In this document: positions 51,692-60,341 of the stretch, in pieces
Layout of the letters: the number at the start of each line of letters is the position of its first letter
Numbering within the stretch: position 1 is the first letter of the stretch
From: Candidatus Omnitrophota bacterium
Lineage (GTDB): Bacteria; Omnitrophota; Gorgyraeia; Zapsychrales; Fredricksoniimonadaceae
Direction of reading: 5' to 3'
Assembly: GCA_903944345.1 (NCBI GenBank)
Contig: CAJARJ010000016.1
Span: 89,852-153,851, forward strand
DNA length: 64,000 nucleotides
Program-made: the position numbers and the translations under genes
Notes under the pieces: model-generated
Told to the model about the DNA's origin: nothing
Database searches by the model: none
The model's input: the letters and a program-made list of their open reading frames with translations, nothing else

Positions 51692-52868
51692 TATCGAGTC
51701 AAGAGAAGATGCCTGGCTGGCTCCTTATGCCATGCGCAGCCGCGAATCCTGGGGGCGGCAGTTCCCGGAGAATGATCACGACGGACGTACGGCATTTCAG
51801 CGTGACCGCGACCGGGTCATTCATTGCGAGGCTTTCCGCAAGCTTGAATACAAGACCCAGGTTTTTGTGATTTTCGAGAGTGATTACTATCGCACCCGCC
51901 TGACGCATACGATTGAAGTGGCCCAGCTGGCGCGGACGATCGGACGCAATCTTGGTTTGAACGAGGATTTGATCGAGGCGGTGGCGCTGGCGCATGATCT
52001 GGGGCATTCTCCTTTCGGGCATGCCGGTGAGGAATTGCTGGACGCCCGGTTACGCTCGGTTGGCATTGGCGGGTTCAATCATAATCAGCGCAGTTTCGAA
52101 ATCGTCACCAGATTTGAAAAACGTTATCCGGACTTCCATGGCTTGAACCTGACCGCAGAAGTTCTGGTGGGCATTCTGAAGCACGAAAGTCTTTATGACC
52201 GGATTGGTGACCCGGCGGTTCTGGAGGATCAGTCGTTTGCTCTCAAGCTGCGCTCCTGTCCCTGTTCCCTTGAGGCTGAGGTAGTCGACAAGGCTGACTG
52301 GCTGGCGTATCTTAATCATGACGTCGACGACGGGCTGACCTCGGGCTGTATTACAGTCGAAGATCTCAACGTCAGCGCTCTCTGGCGGGAGGCGGTGGGG
52401 CGTTTGCGCAAGCCGCTGCCATCCTGTGCTGATCCGGTGTTTAAATATCAGGTGGTCAAGGAGCTGATTGACATGCAGGTCAAGGACCTGTTGTCCGCCA
52501 CAAATGAGCGCATCGCCGCGCAGGATATCAAGTCGGCGGCTGACCTGGCCCGGGCCGGAAAAGGTCTGGTGGATTTCTCCGAGAGAATGAAGGCGGACAG
52601 AGGAGAGTTGCAGAAAATTCTTAACGAGCGGGTTTATCATCACTGGCGAGTCGAGCGCATGACCTCCAAAGCCAAACGGATTCTTAACAGACTCTTTGAT
52701 GTTTATTTGGACAATCCCCGGCAGTTGCCGTATGATATTTATGATCGTAGACGAAGCTATTCCAATCAGGATTTACATGGTGTCATATGCAATTATCTGG
52801 CATCAATGACCGACAGGGCTGCGCTTGATGAATACAAAAGACTCTTTGAGCCTTACGAAAAAGTATAA
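51675..52868 (+). CDS. dgt: dGTP triphosphohydrolase-like HD-domain protein (Dgt family)
   Basis: HD motif region RLTHTIEVAQLARTI...LAHDLGHSPFGH, about 395 aa. Confidence 0.88.
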   Translation: MHKRTDIESREDAWLAPYAMRSRESWGRQFPENDHDGRTAFQRDRDRVIHCEAFRKLEYKTQVFVIFESDYYRTRLTHTIEVAQLARTIGRNLGLNEDLIEAVALAHDLGHSPFGHAGEELLDARLRSVGIGGFNHNQRSFEIVTRFEKRYPDFHGLNLTAEVLVGILKHESLYDRIGDPAVLEDQSFALKLRSCPCSLEAEVVDKADWLAYLNHDVDDGLTSGCITVEDLNVSALWREAVGRLRKPLPSCADPVFKYQVVKELIDMQVKDLLSATNERIAAQDIKSAADLARAGKGLVDFSERMKADRGELQKILNERVYHHWRVERMTSKAKRILNRLFDVYLDNPRQLPYDIYDRRRSYSNQDLHGVICNYLASMTDRAALDEYKRLFEPYEKV

Positions 52869-53898
52869 ACAGATTCTTTCGGCGGTGCATATTGTGTATC
52901 GCCTGGTCAATTCGACCCCGAATCTCAAGGAGTTGTCTTTGCGCCTGACACGCCTTTTGTGTCAGTTTGTCCGGGCCAATTCCGCCAGTATTTATTTGCT
53001 GGGGCCGGATCGCAAAAAACTCTACATGATTGCGGTTTTCAATAATCAGATTAATTACATTCTGGTGAAAAAAAGTGACCTGGCCAAGGTTTCCGCGATT
53101 GAATTCGGGGTAGCCCAGGGAGCCTCCATCTTCGAGGACAGGTTGATGGGGCTTCCGCTGGTGACGGACGAATGTATCGGTGCGATTATTATCAGGCGCA
53201 AGAGTGCCGAACCGCCTTTTGATGATTATGACCGGGAAATGTTTTCCATTTTTGCTGAGCAATCGGTGACGGCTATTCGTAACTTGCAGTATTCCGAGCA
53301 GCAGCAGAAAATTATTCTGGAGACCATGCGTCTTATCCGGACCATGCTGGAGAAGCAGGGTGTCAATTACCGTGGACACAGTCCGGTATATTTCAAGATT
53401 GTTAAAAGTATTGCGGAAAAATTTCATATGGGAGCTGAGAGTATCAATAACTTGTATTATGCCAGTATTCTGCATAATGCGGGCGCGATTGATATTCCTT
53501 ACCAGATTTTGTCGAAGAAGAGCCAGTTGAGCAAGGAAGAGTTCAAGCTGATCAGGGATCTGCCGAAGAAAAGCGCGGAAATTATCAAGCCGGTGGAGTT
53601 CTTGCGGCCCATTCTTCCGGTTGTGCTTTATCTGCACGAGAAATACGACGGAACGGGCTATCCTTCCGGCCTCAAGAGCGATCAGATTCCTCTGGGGGCA
53701 AGGATCATGTCCATCGTTGAAACTTTTGAATCTATGGTGCAGGATCGGCCGTATCGCAAAAAGATGCCGCTGGAGAAAGCGTTAAAAGAAATTGAAATGA
53801 ATTCGGGCACGCAGTTTGATCCCAAAGTGGTGGATGTTTTTCTCAGGCTCTCCCGGACCAGAAATTTCAGAAATTACTTGAGAGTCATTACAAAATAA
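52825..53898 (+). CDS. GAF domain / HD-GYP domain protein with degenerate metal ligands
   Basis: C-terminal LHEKYDGTGYPSGL (HD-GYP signature), but the canonical LHDIGK reads LHNAGA and other His/Asp ligands are replaced; N-terminal GAF-like domain. Confidence 0.8.
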   Translation: MMNTKDSLSLTKKYKQILSAVHIVYRLVNSTPNLKELSLRLTRLLCQFVRANSASIYLLGPDRKKLYMIAVFNNQINYILVKKSDLAKVSAIEFGVAQGASIFEDRLMGLPLVTDECIGAIIIRRKSAEPPFDDYDREMFSIFAEQSVTAIRNLQYSEQQQKIILETMRLIRTMLEKQGVNYRGHSPVYFKIVKSIAEKFHMGAESINNLYYASILHNAGAIDIPYQILSKKSQLSKEEFKLIRDLPKKSAEIIKPVEFLRPILPVVLYLHEKYDGTGYPSGLKSDQIPLGARIMSIVETFESMVQDRPYRKKMPLEKALKEIEMNSGTQFDPKVVDVFLRLSRTRNFRNYLRVITK

Positions 53899-53914
53899 AC
53901 CTATAATCATTTAT

Positions 53915-54526
53915 ATGAATATAAATTACAAAGAAGCCCAGTTTGAATTGTTTCCCAGTTCTTCCTCCTCTGTACAGGATCTTGAGCGGCCGCGGGCGCT
54001 TTCAGCCCAATTGACCGTGACCGGAGAAAATCTTGTCATTTTGGCAATTGCAGGTATAATGTGTCTTCTGCTTTCTTTTTCGATCGGAGTCGAGCGAGGC
54101 AAGCGGGTGTCGTTGCCGCGAACTGCAGAACCCAAAACAGTTCTCAGTGAACCGGCAGTGGTTACAGTTGTGCAAAAGCCGGTTGCGGACGAGACTGAGC
54201 CTGCGGAAGTGACGCGAAAGATTTCTGTTCCGTTGCCCAATGTGTCGACGCAGGCATTGAAAAAAGAGAAAGAAATTCCCCGGCAGATCCAGAAAGCTTT
54301 GCCAGTCGGGGCGTTTACTGTTCAGGTGGCCAGCTACAAGTCCGAGAAAGTTGCGGGCAAGGAAGCGGACAGTCTTAAGAAAAAGGGATATCGGGACGTT
54401 TATGTTGTTCCGAAAGGGGCGTATGTGATTGTTTGCGTCGGTAACTTCTCCTCAAAGTCCGATGCAAAAGCGTATACATCCAAATTAAAGAACCGTTATG
54501 TAGATACAGTAGTAAGGAGATTGTAA
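53915..54526 (+). CDS. SPOR-domain membrane protein (FtsN/DedD-like)
   Basis: One TM helix, Pro/Glu/Val linker, C-terminal SPOR domain (FTVQVASYKSEKVAGKEADSLKKKGY...AYVIVCVGNFSSKSDA). Confidence 0.75.
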   Translation: MNINYKEAQFELFPSSSSSVQDLERPRALSAQLTVTGENLVILAIAGIMCLLLSFSIGVERGKRVSLPRTAEPKTVLSEPAVVTVVQKPVADETEPAEVTRKISVPLPNVSTQALKKEKEIPRQIQKALPVGAFTVQVASYKSEKVAGKEADSLKKKGYRDVYVVPKGAYVIVCVGNFSSKSDAKAYTSKLKNRYVDTVVRRL

Positions 54527-54527
54527 A

Positions 54528-54773
54528 ATGTCGTTGCATTCATCACTCAAGGTTGACAAAGCCGGCGCTCCTGTCCGGACGATTCTGACGCGTGTCGAGC
54601 GCATCAAAGAACTCATGAAAAAGGGGCTCTGGACTGAAACCAGTACTGTAACCAATTTGCCTAAAACAAAGCTTGTTCGGGTTAAAGCCGGCAAGAAGAA
54701 GGCCAAAGAGGCCGATGCAGGCGCTGCTGGTAAGCCAGCTGCTGCCGGTGCCAAGCCTGCCGCAAAGAAATAA
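54528..54773 (+). CDS. Small basic protein with histone H1-like Lys/Ala-rich tail
   Basis: 81 aa, no TM; C-terminus KAGKKKAKEADAGAAGKPAAAGAKPAAKK. Confidence 0.5.
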   Translation: MSLHSSLKVDKAGAPVRTILTRVERIKELMKKGLWTETSTVTNLPKTKLVRVKAGKKKAKEADAGAAGKPAAAGAKPAAKK

Positions 54774-54835
54774 CAGCGTTCCAGTTGGATTTTTCTGTTC
54801 TAAAGGGAAGTCCGGCTTTAATGACAAGGATAGAA

Positions 54836-55609
54836 ATGTCTCGTCTGCGTTTGCTGACATTTTCCGTGTTTCTTTTTATTTTAAGCATTGGCGAGCCTGT
54901 TTTTGCACAGGCTCGTTTTCCTTTTATGGGTCAAGTGGCCGGAGACAAGGTGTCTTTGCGCTCGGGTCCGAATGTAAATTTTGAAGTTATAACCCGGCTC
55001 GACAAAGGGGTACAGCTGGTTGTGTTGTCTTCGGAGTATGGTTGGAACAAGGTCAAGCTTCCTTCCGGTACCAGGGCCTATCTCAAGCGGGAATTTGCCA
55101 GGCAGCTCGGAGGGGGAGTCGCCGAGGTCACTGGAACCAAAGTTAATGTCCGCAGCGCGCCTTTGATCAATGCTACTGTGATTGGCAAGCTGGAGAAGGG
55201 GCGGCGTTTTTTTGTTGCTTCTACTAAAGAGGACTGGCTGGAGATTCTGCCCATGGACGATTTTTCGGGTTGGGTCAAGGCTGATCTGATTGCGGTGATG
55301 GAAGGGGTTGCAGTTCCCGAGCGCCTCTATCCCGATCCTCCGGCAGCCCAGGCTGGCCGTACTGAAAAAGCGCTTGTGGCCAAGAGTGAGAATGCGAAGA
55401 CTGAAGTTTATGGCACGCTCGATAAAAAAGATAACTTGTATTTTCTGGCAGATGCCTCCGGAGCCTCCGTTCTTCTGGAGGGGCCGGAAGCGGTTCTCAA
55501 GGGTTTTCTTGGAAAGAAAGTTGTTGTTTCCGGCACGGATGCCGCATTCACGGGTCAGGAAGGTTTCTCCCGTTCCATAAAAGTTCTCAAGATTCAGTTG
55601 ATTCTTTGA
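54836..55609 (+). CDS. Secreted tandem bacterial-SH3 domain protein
   Basis: Signal peptide MSRLRLLTFSVFLFILSIGEPVFAQA behind SD aagga; two SH3b-like repeats (GDKVSLRSGPN..., TGTKVNVRSAP...); ORF track starts at TTG 54785. Confidence 0.7.
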   Translation: MSRLRLLTFSVFLFILSIGEPVFAQARFPFMGQVAGDKVSLRSGPNVNFEVITRLDKGVQLVVLSSEYGWNKVKLPSGTRAYLKREFARQLGGGVAEVTGTKVNVRSAPLINATVIGKLEKGRRFFVASTKEDWLEILPMDDFSGWVKADLIAVMEGVAVPERLYPDPPAAQAGRTEKALVAKSENAKTEVYGTLDKKDNLYFLADASGASVLLEGPEAVLKGFLGKKVVVSGTDAAFTGQEGFSRSIKVLKIQLIL

Positions 55610-56226
55610 TGACCGAGAATATTCTTGTTATTCTTTTTGTTGCGGTTCCTGCGATTATTCTTCATGAGTTTGCGCACGGCTGGGCAGCTTTATGCCTGGG
55701 CGATTCTACCGCGCGTTCTATGGGGCGCCTTACCCTTAATCCGCTCAAGCATATTGATCCGGTCGGGACAATACTGATTCCCGGATTGCTTTATGCTTCT
55801 TATGCCCTGGGCTGGACTCATTCGTTGCTTATGTTTGGCTGGGCTAAACCGGTTCCGGTGAATTTCTCTGCGTTGCGTTTTCCGCGCCGGGATATGATGC
55901 TGGTGGCTTTGGCCGGGCCGTTGGCCAATATCTTTCTGGCCCTGCTGATGGCCCAGATTCTGCGTCTGGGATGGATGCCCCGGTTCTCTATGTTTTTCTT
56001 TTATGGCGTTCTGCTGAATCTGGGATTGGCCATCTTCAATCTTTTGCCAATTCCTCCGCTGGACGGTTCCAGGATTGTCAGTGGTTGTCTGCCTCGCGCA
56101 TGGGCCAGGGCGTATTCCCGTCTGGAACCTTTTGGTTTTCTGATTCTTATTCTTTTACTGAATTTTGGCGGCCTTTCTTTTGTCAGTCGACTGGTCATGC
56201 TGGCTTTCAGAACCCTGGGGTTATAA
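55606..56226 (+). CDS. Site-2 protease family zinc metallopeptidase (M50, no PDZ)
   Basis: HEFAH (HExxH) in the first TM helix and NLLPIPPLDG (LDG motif). Confidence 0.85.
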   Translation: MMTENILVILFVAVPAIILHEFAHGWAALCLGDSTARSMGRLTLNPLKHIDPVGTILIPGLLYASYALGWTHSLLMFGWAKPVPVNFSALRFPRRDMMLVALAGPLANIFLALLMAQILRLGWMPRFSMFFFYGVLLNLGLAIFNLLPIPPLDGSRIVSGCLPRAWARAYSRLEPFGFLILILLLNFGGLSFVSRLVMLAFRTLGL

Positions 56227-56227
56227 T

Positions 56228-57346
56228 ATGAAAACCATTAATATCCCTTTACCGGCAAATGCCTATCCTGTTGTAGTTGGGCATGGTGCTCTGGCTGGCC
56301 TTGCGGATTTACTCGGGAAATATCGTCTGGGTACAGATGCGGTTATCATTTCCAATCCTAAAGTTTTTGGCCTGCATGGCCGGCAGTTGCAGGGAGTTTT
56401 GCGCAAGGCAGGGGTTACCGCAAAGGTATTGCTTGTGGCGGATTCCGAAAAAAGCAAGTCTATGGCAACGGCAGTCCGGTTGATTGATCAGGTGGTGCGT
56501 TACAGTGTTGGCCGGAAATGTTTTATTGTCGCCTTTGGTGGCGGCGTAACCGGAGACCTGGCCGGATTTGTTGCGGCTGTCACCAAGCGCGGCCTGCCTT
56601 TTATTCAGGTACCTACCACATTTCTGGCCCAGATAGATTCTTCCATCGGAGGCAAGGTGGCTGTCGATCTTCCTGCCGGCAAGAACCTGGTCGGGGCCTT
56701 TTATCATCCGCGTTTTGTTCTGGCGGACACTGCTTTTTTGGAAACCTTGTCCGGGCGGCAAATCAGAAATGGCCTCGCGGAGGCGGTCAAGTACGGGGTT
56801 ATTGCCGATGCCCGGCTGTTTTCTTTTATGGAAAAAGAATACAGGAGGCTGGTCGAGAACGACCTTTCCGTGATCACTCCGGTGGTGTCAGCCTGCGCGG
56901 CGATCAAGGCCAAGATTGTCGCGGCAGATGAAAAGGAAACCAGGGGGTTAAGGACAATTCTTAATTTCGGGCACACTATCGGGCATGCCATCGAAACGAC
57001 CGCGGGGTATACCTTGTATCAGCATGGAGAGGCGGTGGCGCTGGGGATGCGGGCTGCTGCCAGTATTTCCGTGCGGATGAAATTGCTGGATCCGATGGTT
57101 CACTTCAGGATTGAAACTCTTCTAACTGCATTTGGTTTGCCTGAGAATATAGAGGGATGTTCCTTGCCCGGCATCCTTTCGGCGATGCGTTTTGACAAGA
57201 AATTCTCCGGTAAAACAAACCGCTTTGTTCTGGCCCGGGATATCGGGGATGTCGTCCTTCAGGAAGGGGTGGATCTTGCTCTTATATCCGCCGTTGTTGG
57301 AAAAATGCTGATTCGCAGACGGTCTTCCCGCTTACTTTCTCACTGA
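56228..57346 (+). CDS. aroB: 3-dehydroquinate synthase
   Basis: GGGVTGDLAGFVAA, HTIGHAIE metal-binding motifs; ATG 56228 (ORF-track start 56165 over-extends). Confidence 0.92.
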   Translation: MKTINIPLPANAYPVVVGHGALAGLADLLGKYRLGTDAVIISNPKVFGLHGRQLQGVLRKAGVTAKVLLVADSEKSKSMATAVRLIDQVVRYSVGRKCFIVAFGGGVTGDLAGFVAAVTKRGLPFIQVPTTFLAQIDSSIGGKVAVDLPAGKNLVGAFYHPRFVLADTAFLETLSGRQIRNGLAEAVKYGVIADARLFSFMEKEYRRLVENDLSVITPVVSACAAIKAKIVAADEKETRGLRTILNFGHTIGHAIETTAGYTLYQHGEAVALGMRAAASISVRMKLLDPMVHFRIETLLTAFGLPENIEGCSLPGILSAMRFDKKFSGKTNRFVLARDIGDVVLQEGVDLALISAVVGKMLIRRRSSRLLSH

Positions 57347-57745
57347 TACCGAGAGATCCAGTTCTTTTTTCCCGTCTGATATTGTTACGGTTTGAGCATG
57401 AATTGTTGTGATGGTGCAGGTTCCTGCCGTCTGTCCTTCTTCGTAGATGTTCCCGTTTATCAGGGCGATTCTCCTGCCTTCTGTTTCCAGAATACCTTCA
57501 AGTTTGAGCTGAGTGCAGGCCAGTGTCTGGCCAGGCAGGACGGGGCGCACACTGTGGAGCCAGTTGGCTTTGTTGGTGTTTTTCCCCTGCAAAAGACAAG
57601 AGGGAATCAGTAAAGCAACCAGCATGCCTGCTAGGGCCAGCAAGAGTCTGGACGTGGCGGGAGAGGTCTTGAGCGGGGGTTGTGCCGGGCTTGTTGTAAT
57701 GGGGCTCTGCTGGACTTTTTTTAATGCTTCGTGGATGATGCTCAT
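57332..57745 (-). CDS. GspB/ExeB-like type II secretion accessory protein
   Basis: N-terminus MSIIHEALKKVQQ typical of GspB-like proteins, one TM helix, periplasmic C-terminal domain; encoded directly downstream of exeA on the minus strand. Confidence 0.6.
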   Translation of the reverse strand: MSIIHEALKKVQQSPITTSPAQPPLKTSPATSRLLLALAGMLVALLIPSCLLQGKNTNKANWLHSVRPVLPGQTLACTQLKLEGILETEGRRIALINGNIYEEGQTAGTCTITTIHAQTVTISDGKKELDLSVSVRK

Positions 57746-58560
57746 GAGAAAACTTCCTCTCCCAGGGCTTCCCTGGTGCAGACACGGATCGTTTCTTCGT
57801 TAATCAGGAAAGTTTCCTGCACAAAACCTGCCAGCAGGGCGTGTTCGGCCAGAATGTTGATCAGTCTTGGTGTTCCGTTTGAGGCCGAATAAATATAATC
57901 GAGTGCTTGCGCCGTCAGTTGCAGTTGTGCCGGGCCACCGGCAATCCGGATGCGATGCTGTATGTATTCCCCGATCTCTTCCCGGGACAGCGGACGGACG
58001 TGATAGCGGACGCTGATGCGGGAATTGAGCTGGCGCAGGGAGGTCTTTTTCAGTTTTTCGAGCAACTCCGGCTGGCCGACCAGAATGATCTGCAAAAGCT
58101 TGTTTTTTTCTGTCTCCAGATTCGAGAGCAGACGGACTTGTTCGAGTTGCCGGGTGTCCAGATTCTGGGCTTCATCGATAATAACAACGACATTGTGCCC
58201 CCGGGATGTTTCTGCCAGCAGAAAATTGTTCAGAGCGTGCGTAAGATCAAGTTTGTTGCTGCTTTCGGTTCGCAGTCCAAGATCTTTGGCAATAAGCTGA
58301 AGCAGCTGAACCGGCGAGAAGCTGGGATTGAGGATAAAGGCTGTTTTGATATTGGTATCGATCTTGTTAAGCAGTATCCGGCATAGTGTAGTTTTGCCCG
58401 TGCCGACCTCACCGGTCAGACAGAGAATGCCTTTCCGGTTTCTGATGCCGTAGAGTAAGTGTGCGTAGGCTTCCTTGTGACTGGTGCTTTCGAAATAGAA
58501 AGCCGGATCGGCGGTGATATTGAAGGCGTTTTCTTTGAAACCGTAAAATTGTTTGTACAT
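57742..58560 (-). CDS. exeA: ExeA/GspA-family AAA ATPase (MshM-like)
   Basis: Walker A GEVGTGKTT, Walker B VVIIDEAQNL; ExeA-like length and layout. Confidence 0.8.
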   Translation of the reverse strand: MYKQFYGFKENAFNITADPAFYFESTSHKEAYAHLLYGIRNRKGILCLTGEVGTGKTTLCRILLNKIDTNIKTAFILNPSFSPVQLLQLIAKDLGLRTESSNKLDLTHALNNFLLAETSRGHNVVVIIDEAQNLDTRQLEQVRLLSNLETEKNKLLQIILVGQPELLEKLKKTSLRQLNSRISVRYHVRPLSREEIGEYIQHRIRIAGGPAQLQLTAQALDYIYSASNGTPRLINILAEHALLAGFVQETFLINEETIRVCTREALGEEVFS

Positions 58561-58666
58561 GGTATTCGGGCTGTTTTCGAATTTCTGCTTTGGATAAAGG
58601 TATCGGGATCGGGAGTAAATCCGGATGGATTATAGCATGCGCACTCAGGGTTTTTGATAAAAATAT

Positions 58667-58694
58667 TCCCCTTCGGGGGTGAGGATGATATAAT
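58667..58694 (+). promoter_or_regulatory. cccc-UUCG-gggg tetraloop hairpin followed by extended -10 element TGaTATAAT directly before PilZ ATG 58701
   Basis: Hairpin 58667-58680; TG 58686-58687, TATAAT 58689-58694; only 6 nt to the ATG, so a leaderless or near-leaderless transcript if this is the promoter. Confidence 0.4.
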
Positions 58695-58700
58695 TCTTTT

Positions 58701-59045
58701 ATGACCTTTGAACAGCCCGGAGCAGACAAACGCAAGTTTTCCCGTATTCCGTTTAAACGTGCGGTGAAATACAGGTTTGATATTAATCAGGAACCCAAAG
58801 CCGAGAGTTCGCAGGATCTCAGCCAGGGTGGCTTGCGCATCCGTTCCAACGAGTTTATTCCTGTCGGACAGATTCTTGAGGTGGGGGTTCAGCTGGTTGA
58901 TTCCGGCGAAGTGGTTAGTCTGCCAGCCCGTGTGAAATGGGTACGTTATAATCCTTATTCGGAGTCCTATCAGCTGGGACTGGAGTTTGAGCAAGGCGAG
59001 CTTTATCCGCTTTCGCGTATCAGCCGTTTTCTGAGCAATTCCTGA
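58701..59045 (+). CDS. PilZ-domain c-di-GMP binding protein
   Basis: RxxxR (KRKFSRIPF) and D-x-S-x-x-G (DLSQGGLRI) motifs. Confidence 0.8.
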   Translation: MTFEQPGADKRKFSRIPFKRAVKYRFDINQEPKAESSQDLSQGGLRIRSNEFIPVGQILEVGVQLVDSGEVVSLPARVKWVRYNPYSESYQLGLEFEQGELYPLSRISRFLSNS

Positions 59046-59071
59046 GCATATCGGGGAGAGCTGATCCGGGT

Positions 59072-59470
59072 TTGTTTCTAACAGGAGATATTGTGAAGCA
59101 TCATTCGATTTCCGAGAAGCGTCAGCATCCTCGTCTTGACAACGGACTCTCGCTTAAAATATCGACATCCGAAGGCGATATAGTCACGGAAACCAGCAAT
59201 ATCAGCTGTTCCGGCCTTTATTGCCGGGTGGATCGTTATCTGGAACCGATGACCAAGCTGGGAATTCTGTTACTTTTCCCGGAACGCAAAGGGGATCGGT
59301 TATCCACCAGAAAGGTCGACTGTTCAGGTGTTGTGGTGCGTGTCGAGAATATTCTTGAGGGCGAAGGCTTCAGGATAGCGGTTTTCTTTAACGAGATCGC
59401 GCCTTCAGACCGTAAGTTTCTGACCGATTTTATTGAGCAGGCCATTGCCCGTAGCAACAACGGGCATTGA
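59072..59470 (+). CDS. PilZ-domain protein (second copy)
   Basis: RQHPR... and NISCSGL motif pair; 132 aa. Confidence 0.75.
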   Translation: MFLTGDIVKHHSISEKRQHPRLDNGLSLKISTSEGDIVTETSNISCSGLYCRVDRYLEPMTKLGILLLFPERKGDRLSTRKVDCSGVVVRVENILEGEGFRIAVFFNEIAPSDRKFLTDFIEQAIARSNNGH

Positions 59471-59500
59471 GTTTTTGACAGTATTGCAAGGAGATTCGAT

Positions 59501-59665
59501 ATGCAGGAAATGGTAGCCAATATCAGTCCGTTACAGGCTTTGCTTGTGGTGGCCTTCCAGGTTTGGATCATTGCCGCGCCTATTGTTATTATTCGTAAAC
59601 TTGACCGGTTGAGTCGCCTTCTGGAAGAGCGCTCGAGTGGTCCCGACGAGGAAGAAACCCAGTAA
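59501..59665 (+). CDS. Small hypothetical membrane protein (54 aa)
   Basis: ATG behind SD aaggaga; one TM helix LQALLVVAFQVWIIAAPIVII then acidic tail; stop 2 nt before rluA start; below the ORF-track cutoff. Confidence 0.5.
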   Translation: MQEMVANISPLQALLVVAFQVWIIAAPIVIIRKLDRLSRLLEERSSGPDEEETQ

Positions 59666-59666
59666 C

Positions 59667-60341
59667 ATGTCCAAGCGCGCAACGTCCGGCAAGCCGGTTA
59701 TCAATCTGTATGAAGACGATCATTACGCAGCCTTTTTCAAGCCGGCAGGCCTTCTGGCTGTGGCCGCAGACCGCGGGGGGGAGCATTCGTTGTGCGACGT
59801 GGTCAATTCGCAGTTCCGGGGCCGTCCGGATACGCCCCAGGGAATGAAATTGCATCCCTGCCATCGCATTGACCGCGATACTTCGGGGATCATGGTTTTC
59901 GCCAAGGGGCAGACCAGCCGGGACACCTTGATGGACATGTTCCGTAACAAGGCTGTCAAAAAAACCTATGTTGCTTTTGTTCATGGCCGCATCAAGCTGC
60001 GCCGTGGTGAGATCAGTTCGCCCATCCGTGAGGGGAACGAGCTTAAACCATCTTTAACCCGCTATGTCGTTCTGGAACAGCGTACCCGTTATGCGATAGT
60101 CGAGATTCATCCGGAAACCGGCCGCACCAACCAGATCCGTATTCATTTCAAGGAAATCGGGCATCCTCTGGTGGGTGAAAACAAGTTTGCATTTCGCAAG
60201 GATTTTGCGCTCAAGTTCAAGCGTACCGCCCTGCATGCTGCGGGACTTGAATTCGTGCATCCGGTGACCGGAGTCGAGGTCAAGATCACAGCCCAGCTTT
60301 CGACCGACATGAGAAATTTTCTTGAAAGGAATCGTCAATGA
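59667..60341 (+). CDS. RluA-family pseudouridine synthase
   Basis: Catalytic HRIDRDTSGIMVFAK; ATG 59667 (ORF-track start 59637 over-extends). Confidence 0.88.
   Translation: MSKRATSGKPVINLYEDDHYAAFFKPAGLLAVAADRGGEHSLCDVVNSQFRGRPDTPQGMKLHPCHRIDRDTSGIMVFAKGQTSRDTLMDMFRNKAVKKTYVAFVHGRIKLRRGEISSPIREGNELKPSLTRYVVLEQRTRYAIVEIHPETGRTNQIRIHFKEIGHPLVGENKFAFRKDFALKFKRTALHAAGLEFVHPVTGVEVKITAQLSTDMRNFLERNRQ

Noticed and set aside
52050-53637. 197-aa and 284-aa minus-strand ORFs, antisense to dgt and the HD-GYP gene
   Set aside because: They overlap strong sense-strand domain hits and show no own motifs; likely spurious.
48384-57346. Idea that the 11-gene + strand run (nlpD-like to aroB) is a dedicated functional island
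   Set aside because: Gene functions are heterogeneous housekeeping (cell wall, nucleotide hydrolysis, signalling, aromatic amino-acid synthesis). Tight packing matches the compact genome-wide style seen across the whole window.
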